From contig NC_045717.1 in assembly GCF_009834535.1 (NCBI RefSeq), positions 19,716,001 to 19,780,000 on the forward strand: a stretch of DNA of 64,000 nt. The letters are read 5' to 3'. Made by a program: the position numbers and the translations under genes. The notes under the pieces were generated by a model that was not told the DNA's origin, did not search any database, and saw only the letters and a program-made list of their open reading frames with translations. This document shows, piece after piece, positions 35,051 through 58,742 of the stretch (within the stretch, counting starts at the first letter, position 1; every line of letters begins with the position of its first letter). Origin of the DNA: Camelus ferus (taxonomy: Eukaryota).

Positions 35051-36339
35051 TCACTTCCTGCTAACACACAGGATATCTGGTTTGTTTTCCACATCAGCTT
35101 GAAGGTCTACTTTCAGGATGCTGAGCTGGCCCAGGTGTGACTTTAGCTTTGAGGATGTAGTGTGGGGGAGGGGGACATAGGAAGCCAATGGAGCCACATC
35201 TACCTCCTCCTCCCTCAAAGCCACTGACAGCCGCTGGATCTTTAAAAAGAAATGTAAGTGGGAGAAGGAAGTAGGTCACCCCTGCAGCAGCTCAGCCTCT
35301 ATCCTGGAGTGTCAGGAGGCAGGAGGAGCTGATGGAATCCCAGCACCTCCCTTCACCGAACTCACCTGCCCTGACCTGGGGAAAGTCTGAAGGGGGAGAA
35401 GAATCAAGTTCAGGTTTTGGTGAGTCACACAGCCCTGGCTTCAAACTATTCTGGTACGTTAGCAGTGTGATCTTGGCTAAGTCATTCAATCGTTCTGTGG
35501 TTCAGATTCTTCATCTATAAAATAGAGACAAAATACTGAAACATCTCTAGAGTAAGTTCTGAAGTAAGGGCAATGTTCACATGGTCAATGTTAATCCTGA
35601 CATTTTAAACAGCTGTTATTGCTTCTCTGGGTGAAGCAACTGGCTTCTGTTTGGGGGTGGTATTTGAGAAATACCTTGAAACGTGGATGCAATATGATGA
35701 GATGCTTAGGCAGGGAGGCTGTTGTAAACTGAGATGTTTGTCTCCCATCTCAGATTCACGGTTGGGCATGAGCTCCTTGAGTTTCTTTTTTTTGCACTGG
35801 GCGCTTCTAGTTGAGTTGAAGTAAGTTTGCCGTGCACAGGGCTGTTGTGAGAATACTGTTTGTAAAGTGACAGGCAGTAGATGTTTAAGACATAAGGGGA
35901 AATTTTTTTTTCTTTCGATTTTCGATTCAGTACTGAAATTCATCATCTGGGGAGAAGAAAGACCACGAGGACCAATATTGTGGACCATACAGGCAGCAGA
36001 GGTCACATTATTCTATCCCGACTCCTCTGTCTCAAGGCTTTCGCAGGGCCTCTGGAAACTTGACACATTAAAAGGAGGGAGTGAACAGAAACAAATTCTC
36101 TCCTGCATCTCTAATTCGCTCCCTACCTGACCCTTTATCTGAGGCAATCCCGCAACCCTGAGCAGAAAACTCCTACTCTTCGCACCCTCTCTCAAAAGGT
36201 CCAAATCCAGTCCCAGCTCCCAACCTCATTCTTCCTTCTGCTCAACACCCGACTCCAGAGGTCTCCAGACCCCCCAGATTTGAGACTCAGCCAGAGTCAG
36301 TAAGCGAGCCGATGCGGGCGCGCGGCAGGATGGGAGGTG

Positions 36340-37852
36340 TAGTTCTAGGCCCCCAGGGCGCGCGAGGAAAGCCCATTGCGCATGCGTAGGCGGTGGCCTT
36401 CAGCACGTGTCTGTTTCAAAGCGGGTTTCTGTCCAGCGGAGCCGGCTGGGGTGGGATCCCGAGTCTTGGAGTGGAGTTTCGCTCCAGTTGACCCTTCCCA
36501 ATCCCTGGCGGCCCCAGTGTTCGGCAGGAGAGGCCTTAGGTACCTGTGAACGGAGCCGGGACTGACTTTGCCAAGAGCAAGTGTATTGAAAAAGCTGTCA
36601 CCCTCCTCCAGGCAGGCGCAAGAATTGACCTGTGCCTCTCCCGAGGCCAAAATGCCCCCCAGGGCAGGGCTGGGTTGTCTTTTGGGATTAGAGCCCTAAT
36701 TTATTCAGTAAATATTGGTTTAGGGAGGGGCCGAATATAGTAAAAGGACGGCCTTAAGCCTCGCGGAGTAAAAGCTAGGTTTTTGAAGAACAGTTTACTG
36801 CAGGTCTGGTAATACTTAACTTGGATTATCTGTAATCCAGTGAACTATTATACCCATTCGACGACTGGGGAAATTTAAGCTCCGAGTGGCAGGAGTTCGC
36901 CCACATTTTCGTCTGTAGAGCCAAGACGTAGGGGGCGGGGGAACCGGGATGCTCCAGCTCCTCCCTGTTCTACTCTGCTCTTAAGAAAAGAGGTGCCCTA
37001 CTTTGTCCTCAGAAGGCGCAAGAATCACGAAGATGTCTTTCTTCATTTTCTTGCCCTTACCTAAATTTCCTGAGCTGTTAAACCTTATTCAGCTTCAAGT
37101 AGAAAAAGAAGTTGGGCTTTTTGCTCTGGCGTTTATTTTACTAGTTCCTTTCGTTTAAAAATTTATATCCTCGTGGCTTTTTAAAATATCGTTTTAAAAA
37201 TTGCCAAACAGTACTGGAAAATAAATAATGCAAAATGTGGCAGAGGCTTCTTTAGGAACCCAGCCCGTCTCAGGCACTCCCTTTGTCTGGCTTTCCTTTC
37301 TTTGTCTTTTGAGGTATAAAATCCACCCCAAGCTCAGTCCCCTCCGCTCTTGCGCGCCCATACTGCACTCCCAAGTACCCTCTGAATGGGAAGGTGATGG
37401 AGGGGGGGCACAGTTCAATTCTTAGAAAAGGGGGGTGACAAAAGCGCAGGTGGCTCTGGCCGAGCAGTTCCTTGGTCTACCATACACCAAAAAGTCCCCA
37501 CGCGCTGCTGAACTCCTGGTTCCAAGCAAAGAGCTGTCAGGCCGGCGTGAGACAGGCAGAGAAAACGAGACGGTAGGAGGACCAGCTGGCTAGAGAGGCC
37601 AAGAGAGCCGCCAACTCTTCGTCACGTGACCCAGCCACGGCTGGGCCTGGGTCTCCCTGGTGCCAGACCACGTGCGACGGCTGCTTCTCCCCATTGGCTC
37701 TTCTAGGCCAGTTTGAACGGCGTACGGAAGCCGCCGCGGTTCATATACGGCCGCGTTTTTTTTTTTCAATTCCCTCTCTTTGGCTCCCTCCTTTCGCGCG
37801 AGTCTCAGGAGAAGCCGCAGCTAAAGGCCCCTCTGCTGCCGCCCGAGGCCTG
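36340..37852 (+). promoter_or_regulatory. TNPO2: TNPO2 promoter region with non-coding first exon (donor at 37853) and an upstream CpG element
   Basis: NRF1-like TGCGCATGCGT 36377-36387, perfect palindrome GTCACGTGAC 37621-37630, CCAAT-type ATTGG near 37694, CpG island, and strong donor CTG|GTAAGT at 37852/37853. Confidence 0.65.
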
Positions 37853-38876
37853 GTAAGTGGGCCTCACCCGGACCCCGACCGGCTCGGCCCCGGCTTGCGT
37901 CGACCTCCGCAGGGCTCCGGGCCTGCGCCGTGCGCGGCCCGAGCGTCGGGGCCGCGCCTGACCGAGAAAGGCCGAGAACCCGGTTGGGCCCGATTGGCGA
38001 GGCGGCGAGAATGGGCCAGGGCGGGGGAGGGGGGAACCGAGCCGGGCTTAGGGGGTGGGGCCTCGGAGCTGGGCCTGGTCCCCGTGCCTTGAAAATCCGG
38101 CCAGTGGAGCGGCTGGGGTCGGGCTGGAGGGGCTCTGATTGGGGGAAGCGTCTGGGGACTGCTTAGGGCCTGATTGGGGGACGTCGTTGTGGATCGGGTG
38201 TGTGTGGGGGGCTGTTTCGATGGGGTTAGGTTGGGTCTGATTGGGGGAGGCCGCACTGAAAAGTTGGGAGAGGGGCTTGTTGGGCCTTGATAGGGAGGGG
38301 CGTCAGACTTAGGCCTAGAAGGCTTGCTCGGTGTGGCTGCGAGGAGTCGCTGGGATCTGTTGGAGGAAATGCCCCGGGAGGGTGTTAGGCCAGGTCTGAT
38401 AGGGGGAGCTGTAGGGATCGGACGAAGGGGATTTCCAGCTCCAGGTGGTGGGGGTCTTGTACCGACTTGATTCGGGGAAGCAGCGGTGATCGGTCAGCAG
38501 GACTTAGGGTAGGGGGTTGGAGCGGTATAGCGGAAGGCTTAGTCAGATCTGATTGGGGAAGCAACAGAGACCCGTCCAGAGGGCTTCTGTAGTCGGGTAG
38601 GCGACTTGGCTGGCTCTCATTCGGAGAAGCATCCGGGACCTGTCTGAAAACTGTTTTGGGTCTGATTAAGGGGAATCGCTGAACAGTGTGCCGGCACGGG
38701 AGAGACAACGGGGGCTGGGGCGCTATCGCGTTGTGGGGCAGGGCCCCTGGATGAGGAGGTGGCTGGGTCCTCCCCTAGCGGCTTCGAGGGAAGTGGAAGC
38801 CTTAGGGCTCACAGCCAGGGGCGGCCCGATGGGCCGCGATGGGACGAAAGCCCAGCCCCATCGTTGGGTGTGATGA

Positions 38877-50164
<11,288 letters not shown>

Positions 50165-50184
50165 ATGAGCATCACGACTGCCAG

Positions 50185-50265
50185 GTGAGGAGGCCATGTG
50201 CCGAGGGCTGGCGCTGTTGTGGGAGCCAAAGGGGCACAGGCCCTGAACCCCTTTTTTCCCCACAG
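50185..50265 (+). other. TNPO2: 81-nt intron in the TNPO2 3'UTR
   Basis: Donor CAG|GTGAGG 20 nt after the TAG stop and acceptor cttttttccccacag|. Confidence 0.75.
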
Positions 50266-52289
50266 GTTTCTGTCTGCGTCGTCGTCAGAGGGGTTGCTGG
50301 GGAGCACGCTGCGTCCAGAAGTCGCCGTGTCCTGGTCGAGGGGGGTTAGGGAGGAGTGAGTGGGACCCAAATCCAGACACCTTCCCCTTCCATCTACCTG
50401 CCACGCCTGGCCTATGTGGCCGGTCAGTGGGTGGGCAGCGGGGTGGGGCCTCCACACTCATCCTACAAACGGGAGGGGGGTGGGACTTCTTGGCAGCAAG
50501 AGCCCCTTGCTCTATTGGGGTCTCCTCAGGCAGCCCAGTTGGGCCAGCCATATGGGAGGGAAGAATCAACACGGCCGACCAAATCCGGCTTGGGATGAGG
50601 CAAGGGAAAGCAGGCGGGGAGGGGGTTCCTTGTAGAGACGCGAACACTCACAGTACACACGTGGCCACACGCATGTGCGGGCACTGCAGCCAGACAGGCT
50701 GGGCCAGCCACCCCACCATTTCCCCGACTGCATGGAGACAGTAGAATTAGTGAACCCTTGAGTTAACTTGTAAGGCCTTCCATGTAACCTGCATCTAGAG
50801 TTTAAGAAGCTTCTGCTGTTTTGCCGGAATTGGCGGTGATTGGGGAGGGCTGGGTGGGTTGGGGACCTCCGCTGGGACCCTGGGGCGGGGGGAAGAGGAT
50901 GGCCACCTTGAGGCCACCTGGTCAGCACGTGCACGCTTTGGACCTGCTCTGCACACTTCTTGCCAGCTCTGTGGCAGCCTCAGCCAGTGCGTCCCCCTCC
51001 TTGTACTGTCCCAGCCAGAAGAGTGGGGACCACCGAAGTGGCCGGGGCTGACCAGAGGTTGCCCTTTTCCCTTACCCTGTGCTCCAGTGACTTTGAAAGA
51101 TGCTGGGCTGGGACCTATTTCCCCTGAAGAGAGCTGAGGGCAGCCAGAGCTGCTGATAACTACTGCCTGTGTCTCTCCATAAGCAAATCCGTTTCAAAGG
51201 CAGTCTTTGCTTCTGAGAGTCCTCATCTCAAGTTCCAGGCCTGAGTTTTAATACAAGGGCCAGGGCTGGGGTATTTAATTGATGGTGACAGAGAAGGAAG
51301 GCTTTGCCAGAAAGAAGGAAACTGAGAGCTTGGAGGAGTGGAAGGGTGGTACACCCCCTAACCCTACTCTGGCCTTGGGACTTCCTGATCATTACAGCTC
51401 CCAGTAGGGCCCAAGACCCCACCAGATTGGGGCATCGATTCTAAGGAAACTTCTGGGATTGGTTGGGGATTTGGTCCCAGTGGGAAAGGCTCCCCTGGAG
51501 GAGGGGGTGTGGTTATTTACCAGTTGGCCTCAAAACTGAAACCAGGGCCTGCAGCCCCCTTAATATTTCCCTTTTTCTCTTCCCTCCTTTTTACTTCTTT
51601 GGGGGCCCCTCCTGTGGTTTTGGGGGGTTTGACTGGATTCGTGCATAATGGGGCCTGCTCCATCCATCCATGTGGGGCCCTGGACCATACCCCCATCATA
51701 GCCCTGTGTCTTCTGTCAGACAGGGTCAGGCCCTGCCCCTATTCCTAGGGGCACTTGGTGCACATTCCATAAACTCAGCTGGTTCCCCGCTGTTAAAACT
51801 CCAGCAGGTTTCTGGAAGCCATTTGTAAAAAAAGGAAAAAAAAGAAAAAAAAATTAAATACCATTTAATTTTTTGGTAATTCCAGTTCTTTGGAGCATCC
51901 TCTGCTGGGTCTTGGGGGTGTGTGGATTGGCTGATGGATTGGTAACCCCTTCTCCACCCAGGATGGGGGGCTCCAACCACCTTCAGGAGAGGGGAGCCTG
52001 GTTCTACTTATTTTTCTTTTTTTTTTTTTAATTAAGAAAACTATTTAATTTTTTAATTTATTTTTTGGTTGTTTTTTGCACAACGAAGTTTCAACCTCTC
52101 AACCTTTTCCCCTGCCCAGGGCTGTGGACCCTGACTGGCCTCCATCTACAGTCCCTCTCTTTCCCACATCCCTCCTTCCCCCTTATCCTCTTCTTCCTGT
52201 GGGCTCCAGGGTCTGTCCATTTGTTACCGTGCTGTGCTGGGGACTGGCGCCAAGGTGGCGTGAGATTCCACTTGTGTAGAACTTTGTTG

Positions 52290-52295
52290 AGTAAA
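52290..52295 (+). terminator. TNPO2: Candidate TNPO2 variant polyadenylation signal AGTAAA
   Basis: AGTAAA at the end of the 2-kb 3'UTR-like region, followed by GT-rich tggtgtcttgtgtcttgggctttg. Confidence 0.6.
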
Positions 52296-53399
52296 GATCA
52301 GTTTCTTGTGAAATCCTTGGTTTCCATCTGGTGTCTTGTGTCTTGGGCTTTGCCAGTAGAGAAGAGACGTGGAGAGGGGCATGAGAAGCTTTAATAATAG
52401 GGATGCACAGGAACTGGGTCAGGAAATAATTGGGGGAGTGGGGAAGTATGTAAGATTAAATGTGGTAACATACATGTGCAGTCTCTGAGACATAATTACA
52501 GCTCTAGATCCTGAGCTCCCTAAAGGGGAGTCACTAGTGTTATAGTCCACGTTCAAGATCCCCATCTGCCAAAGACTAAAAACAATGGTCAGGGGCAAGG
52601 CCTTGCAACACTCTTAAGTTTGGCTAAGTTCACAACTCTGGATTGCTGGGTAGGTTAGACATTTTTGTAGGAGGCTCAGCCCAGCACCAAGACTGAAGGA
52701 CATATGTAAATATGCACAACAGTTAAAGCCACATGAGAAATTGCTCAGTTCTGGGGACACACAGGCCTCGGTAAAATCTTGTTGCAACATGAGCACAGCT
52801 CAAGGATCAACTGCATCAACCTGGGAGAAATTTAAATGCTAACACCAACATTCAACAAGTGTGTACCTTTTAGTGAGAAGAAATAAAGCGAAACAGTGAT
52901 GTGTTCCATAAAGAAAAGTACAGCAGGGATGGGAGAAAACCTTACGGAACATGGTCGCAGTCTTACAGTAGGGTGATCTAGGAAGGTAATTTGAGCAAAA
53001 AGTCATGTGGCTATTAGAAGTCAGGCGGAGGGAACAACGAGTGCTGCTTAGAGATAATTTGTGTTTAATACTAGCTGGCTCAAAAGAGGCTGTTCGTAAA
53101 TGAGAGGCTGTTTTTTATCAGTAGGATTTTAGGTAATTCAGAGTTAAACTTTCACCGAAGTCTCTGTGGTGTTAAGTGTATGTTTCTGGCTCCAGAAGGA
53201 AAGACGAGTTCGAGCCGCTAGGAGGCTCAGACCAGGAAAAGGGACTTTTGTATTTCTAAAGTCAGTGTCACCTGTGAGAAGTGCCTTCGACAAGGCCGTG
53301 ATTTTCAAATCAGAGCCCGCTGGCCTCTGCATCGGTAAGGTCAGAAATGCTTGTTTAAGAAACGCAGGAACCGGGAATCTGCATTTTCCAGCCCAAGGC

Positions 53400-53583
53400 C
53401 GACGCAACAAGGCCTCCAGAAAGCGGGTTTTCGGTACCCAGCCAGTTTACAGTCGAGCCGCTCGCTTCCGAGTGGCGCTGAAGCGTCATTAGGCAGCGCC
53501 GGAAGTGCCCTGGCGCTGCCTAGGAGACAGGACGCGGGCTCCGCGGCTGACAGGGGCGGCCCGGCCGCGCCCACTCCGTCGCC
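53400..53583 (+). promoter_or_regulatory. FBXW9: FBXW9 CpG-island promoter
   Basis: CpG-rich, with ETS/GABPA-type CCGGAAGTG 53499-53507 just upstream of the ATG. Confidence 0.7.
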
Positions 53584-56500
53584 ATGGAGCTGCCCCCAGG
53601 GCCGCGCGACGATCCCCGCGCCTGGGACGATGACTCGGACCCGGAGCCGGAGCCTGACCCCGACGCGCAGGCTGAGGCTTACGTGGCCCGCGTGCTCAGT
53701 CCGCCGAAACTCGGGCTGGCGCCCCCGCGCGCCCCTCCGCTGCCCGCGCCTGCCGTGTCCCTCGGCGCTCTGGAGACGCGAGTCGTATCCAAGGGCCCGG
53801 CCGTGGCGGTTCCGGGCCTGCTGAGCCTTCCTCCGGAGCTGCTGCTCGAGATCTGCGCCTACCTGGACGCGCGCCTGGTGCTCCACGTCCTGCCGCGCGT
53901 GTGCCACGCGCTGCGCGACCTCGTGCGTGACCATGTTACCTGGCGGCTACGCGCGCAGCGCCGCGTACGCGCGCCCTACCCGGTGGTGGAAGGTGCGCCT
54001 GCCCGGGGGCCAGGGTCGCCCGCCTAGGTCAGGCTCTAGGCGAGGCAGAAGGTACCAGGGGTGCTGTGAGCACAGCCCCTGGAGCAGACCACTTGGGTGT
54101 CCTGGCTCTGGGGAGGCTGAGGTAGTTACTGGTGGTACCAAAGTCTCTGACTTCTGGGTGGACCATGAGACAGATACTTGGGGTCCTGAGGCTGCGGAAA
54201 TCTACTTGGGGAGATGTGGGTCTCTGAACTAAGGATCCAATGATATTTAGTCTTGGGGTCGACACAGGGACTTGAAGTCTCTGGCTCTCAGAATCGGTTG
54301 GGGCTGAGGGTAAGCCCAAGAATCCCCAGGTTCTAGGTCTAGATGTAAGGCAGTAAATGGTGATGCCAAATCCACTCACCCCTAGAGTCTTGACATATGT
54401 CCGGGATGAGGCAGGGACTCAGGTCCAGAGCCTGTAACCCTTGAACCCAGGCTAGGTTTAGAGGTTGGATCTCTGATACCAGAAATCACAGACCCTTGAG
54501 CCCAAGGTCTAACCTGAGATTTTAAGCAGTGTTTGGTGGTCATTCATCCTGTCCCCAAGGTCTTTGGTCCTTGGGAGATAAGACAGCTTTGTGACCTTGA
54601 ATTGTTGGGACTTTCAGGACTTTCCCAAACAGCTTGATAAACAGAAATGCTTGGGTCAAGGGCTTAGGTTCTACATTTTGACAAGGCTCCCAGGTTTGGG
54701 ATACTGGTTTGGGAAACATTTCCCTGGGTCCAGTTCAGATGGCAGAGGCAGGAAGGGTCAATTTTGAAGTCCTAGCTCTTGTGACCAGCCTGAGGGTTGG
54801 GGCTGAGGTTGGCCTCAGGCAGAGGTAAGACAGAACCTTAATGTCTTGAGGCTGCTATCCCCCATACTTGAGTTGGGGGATGAGGCCTGGGAAGGTGGTC
54901 CTGGGGCCCCAGTTACCCAATTTCTGGAAGCTTGGTGAGGAGTAGTCCTAGAGCTGCTCAGCAGGTGGGTGGTCCAATGGTCCCAAAGCTAGAGCCTGGG
55001 CCTCCTTGGGTTGGGAGAGATCCTTGTGGGGTTCTCTCCAAGTCTGGTTCAGGTTGTGCTCCTCGGAGGCCGGGGATGATCTTGGACAGCTGATGTGGGT
55101 AACAGGGTTCCTTCCCACTGAGGACCCTGCTATTGCATCCCACAGAGGAGGACTTTGACTGGCCGGCGGCCTGTATTGAGCTGGAGCAGCACCTGTCCCG
55201 CTGGGCAGAGGATGGACGCCGGACTGAGTACTTCTGCCTGGCCGATGGGCATTTTGCTTCCATTGACTCAGTGCTGCTGCTCCAGGTGAGGTTGGGGTGT
55301 CGGGGGCCAGGGAGGGGTGGGCCAGGGTGACTCCAGCAACATCACCTCCCTCCCCTCCCAGGGTGGGACACACTGCCTGTCTGGCTCCCGAGATCGCAAT
55401 GTCAACTTGTGGGACCTGCGGCAGCTGGGGGTGGAGCCCAGCCGGGTTCTGGTCAAGGCCTTGGGCACCCAGAAGAACAGCACTCACAAGGTGAGGGAGT
55501 AGGAGGCCAGGCAGAGGATAGGAAGAGTGAGGCCTGAGTAGGGCAGCATGGCTAAGGCACGGGTTTTGGCACCAGACCTCATAGATTTAAATCTTACTCT
55601 GCTATTGTTAGTGCGACTTTGGGTGAGATGTATGACTTCTCTGGGCCTCAGTTTCTGCTTCTGTTCAGGGGTCAGTTGGGATGAGGACGAATGAGATGAA
55701 TATGCATTAAGAACTTTGCTCAGGCTCAGGCACAGTAGGTGCTCAGTGGATGTCAGGTATACCTTGAGTGGCTCAGGGCAGGGCAGCTATGAGGCTGCTC
55801 TTAGGGATCAGATAGTTCTGAGCATGACTGTCATCTTGTGAGAGGTAGCCATGGAGGGGCATCTCCACCAGCCATTGAGGTGGGCTAGGCCGGTGGCCAA
55901 GAGCTCCGTCTTGGTGCCTAATGCTGGGTTAAATCCCCACTCTGCTACTTCCCGGCTGTGTGACCTTGGGTGAGAGACTCAACCTCTCTGTGCCCCAGTT
56001 TCGTCACTTGTAGAATGGGACACATTACAGTACTCTCCTCAGAAAGTTTGGTGAGGAAGAAGTCAGTGGGGAGCTGACTGTGCCCTGTGCATTTTAGCTC
56101 CTGAGACAGTGACTTTTTAATGCCCATTTCACAGTGAGGAAACTGAGGGGAGGGTACTTGATTTGCCAGGGTCACGGAGAGGAGGCCCCATTTTTAATCA
56201 CATTGTGATGTGGCCTCAAACCACTGCTGGTGCTGAGCCTCCGCAGGGATAATTCTGGAATATTATCAGGCAGGGGTGTGCTTGTTCTGGGCTCTGAAGT
56301 CAGACAGACCCACCGACCTAAGCTCTACTCTCTACTCAGTGCTGACTTGCTCTGGGTTCTGGGGTCGGTTGTCTGCTTCCTCCTACCCTCAATGTTGTTA
56401 TCTGTGAAATGGGGATTATCATGTGGGTCTGGTCCCATAGGGCTGGGTGTGGTCGCTGGCGGCGCTGGACCACCGAGTGTGCTCTGGCTCCTGGGACAGC

Positions 56501-58474
56501 ACGGTGAAGCTCTGGGACATGGCAGCTGACGGGCAGCAGTTTGGCGAGATAAAGTGTGAGGGGTTCTGGGCAGGGAGGTCTGGGTGGGTAGGGCTCTATC
56601 TGGCCCCAGCCCCAGCCCGTGGTCTGTGTGTCCCCCAGGGGCAAGGCAGCCGTGCTGTGCCTGTCCTACCGGCCTGATATCCTGGTGACCGGCACCTATG
56701 ACAAGAAGGTGACCGTCTACGACCCCAGAGGTGGGCCGGGGGCCCTGAGGCCTAGGTGGGGAGAGCAGGGCTGCCTGGGGTCTCCAGGGTCATCCTGGGG
56801 AAGGAGACAATTGGGCCTCACAGCCTGACTGGGGTGACAGTCACATAGCCAGAGCGGCCTGTGTTGTGCTGGGGGCCACACAGGTGTGTGTGGGCGGGTT
56901 GGGGGGCAGAGGAAGCCCTGCCTGCATGTAGGGTTGGGTGAAGGACTGGAGGGCTCCCAGAGGAGGGGCCTCTGAGCCTGAGTACCGTGTGAGGCGGGAC
57001 AGCCCTTGAGAATCCTGGCTCCCCCACTTTCTAGCTGTGCGGCCCCAGTCAAATATGAACCTCAGTTTCCCCATTTGTCAAATCGGGATAGTAACTCCAG
57101 CTGTGTAGGGCTAACGAGAGGAGATGACAACAAAAACTTTGGTGGATTAAATGTTTACATGAGATGCCTAGAGTGAATGCTGCCCAGAACATAAACCTTT
57201 TCTGTTGTTTATTTATTTATTCATTCTTGCTTTAATTGAAGGGCTAGTATAACTTCTTCAGGCAAAGCCAGAGCTGGAGTGGGGGTGGGAGCAAGTCTCA
57301 GGCTGATCTGCAGGAGGAGGCATTTATGCTGGGACTTGCCGAGGTCTGATCTGTACTGAGAGTAGATGGGACTGGAGGAGGGAGATGGGACAGGAGGTGG
57401 AGGGGCAGGGGCCTGGGGGTCCTATGAGGCCCAGATCCAGCTGGGATGGGAGAGGAGCACCAGGGTCACCTGTGGGATGGGGGTGGGGGATGCAGACCAA
57501 GGGTTTTGCCAAGGAGGATGGAGGCCTGGGATGCTGGGGTGGACTGGGGGGGTCCTCCAGGGGATCTGATATCCCCCTCCTCCCTGGCCCATTGCCCACG
57601 AAGCCGGCCCAGCCCTGCTGAAGAGCCGGCGGCTGCACTCGAGCGCGGTGCTGGCGCTGCTGGCGGACGACCGGCACATCATCTCAGGCAGTGAGGACCA
57701 CACGCTGGTGGTGTTCGACCGCCGAGCCAACAGTGTCCTGCAGCGGCTGCAGGTGGGCATTCCCCAGGGACCCAGAGGGACCAGGATGGCGGTGTGGCCG
57801 GGACTGGCCTGAGTTGCTCCATCCCATGTCCCTCCCACAGCTGGACTCCTACCTGCTCTGCATGTCCTACCAGGAGCCTCAGCTCTGGGCCGGTGATAAC
57901 CAGGGCCTGCTGCACGTCTTCGCCAACCGCAACGGCTGCTTCCAGCTTGTCCGGGTCTGCCAAGGCCCCTGCTCCTTCCCAACCCTCCCTGGGCTGCCTC
58001 CCTACCTCTTAACCCCTGGGTGGCGGTGGGGGACTGGCCTTGGGAGAGCCACGCCTGAGTGTCATCTGTCCTTCCCTCCTGCAGTCCTTTGATGTGGGCC
58101 ACAGGTCTCAGATCACAGGGATCAAACACTCCCTGGGGGCCCTATACACCACATCCACCGACAAGACTATTCGGGTAAGGCCCCAGGACAGTGCCCCCTC
58201 ACTACCCCCCTCACCTGCCGGGAGCACACCTCTTGACATTTGCCCGTCGCCCCTCACCAGGTGCATGTGCCCACAGACCCACCAAGGACCATCTGCACTC
58301 GAAGCCACCACAATGTGCTGAATGGGGTAAGGCCCTGTCCCATACACCCTGCCTGGCTTCCCAGAGCACCCCTGACTCCTCCTGTCCCCACCCTCCCAGA
58401 TCTGTGCTGAGGGCAACCTGGTGGTGGCTGCCTCTGGGGGCCTGTCACTGGAGGTATGGAGGCTGCAGGCCTGA
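53584..58474 (+). CDS. FBXW9: F-box/WD repeat-containing protein 9, 10 exons, 458 aa
   Basis: Exons 53584-53992, 55146-55285, 55362-55490, 56441-56553, 56639-56730, 57604-57752, 57841-57954, 58085-58174, 58261-58326, 58400-58474 = 1377 nt. F-box [16 protein letters not shown] and WD40 motifs ([36 protein letters not shown]). Confidence 0.95.
55570..56200. mobile_element. Cluster of MIR remnants in FBXW9 intron 3, including an inverted pair
   Basis: MIR cores ctcagtttctgcttctgttcagggg, ccccagtttcgtcacttgtagaatggg and the inverted cccatttcacagtgaggaaactgaggg. Confidence 0.65.
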
Positions 58475-58736
58475 GCTAGAGGACATGGCTGTGGATGTGG
58501 ATCTGCCGGCCCGCAGGCCGTGGCCTCTGTTCTCGGGGGACCTTCCCCCATGCTGGTGCTGCCTCTGCCCCACCCCACAGGCCTAGGGCACAAGGGTCCT
58601 GGCCACGGTCGGGTGGGATCCCCAGGCTGGCTGGGGAGGTGAGGTTTGTGTTCCGGCCCACCCAGGGGGCTGCTCCCCACCCTCAGCTGTTTTTGTTAAG
58701 ATTTGGATGCTTGCTCTCCCTTGAAAGCAAAGGAGA

Positions 58737-58742
58737 AATAAA
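58737..58742 (+). terminator. FBXW9: FBXW9 polyadenylation signal
   Basis: AATAAA about 260 nt after the stop, followed by GT-rich sequence. Confidence 0.8.
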
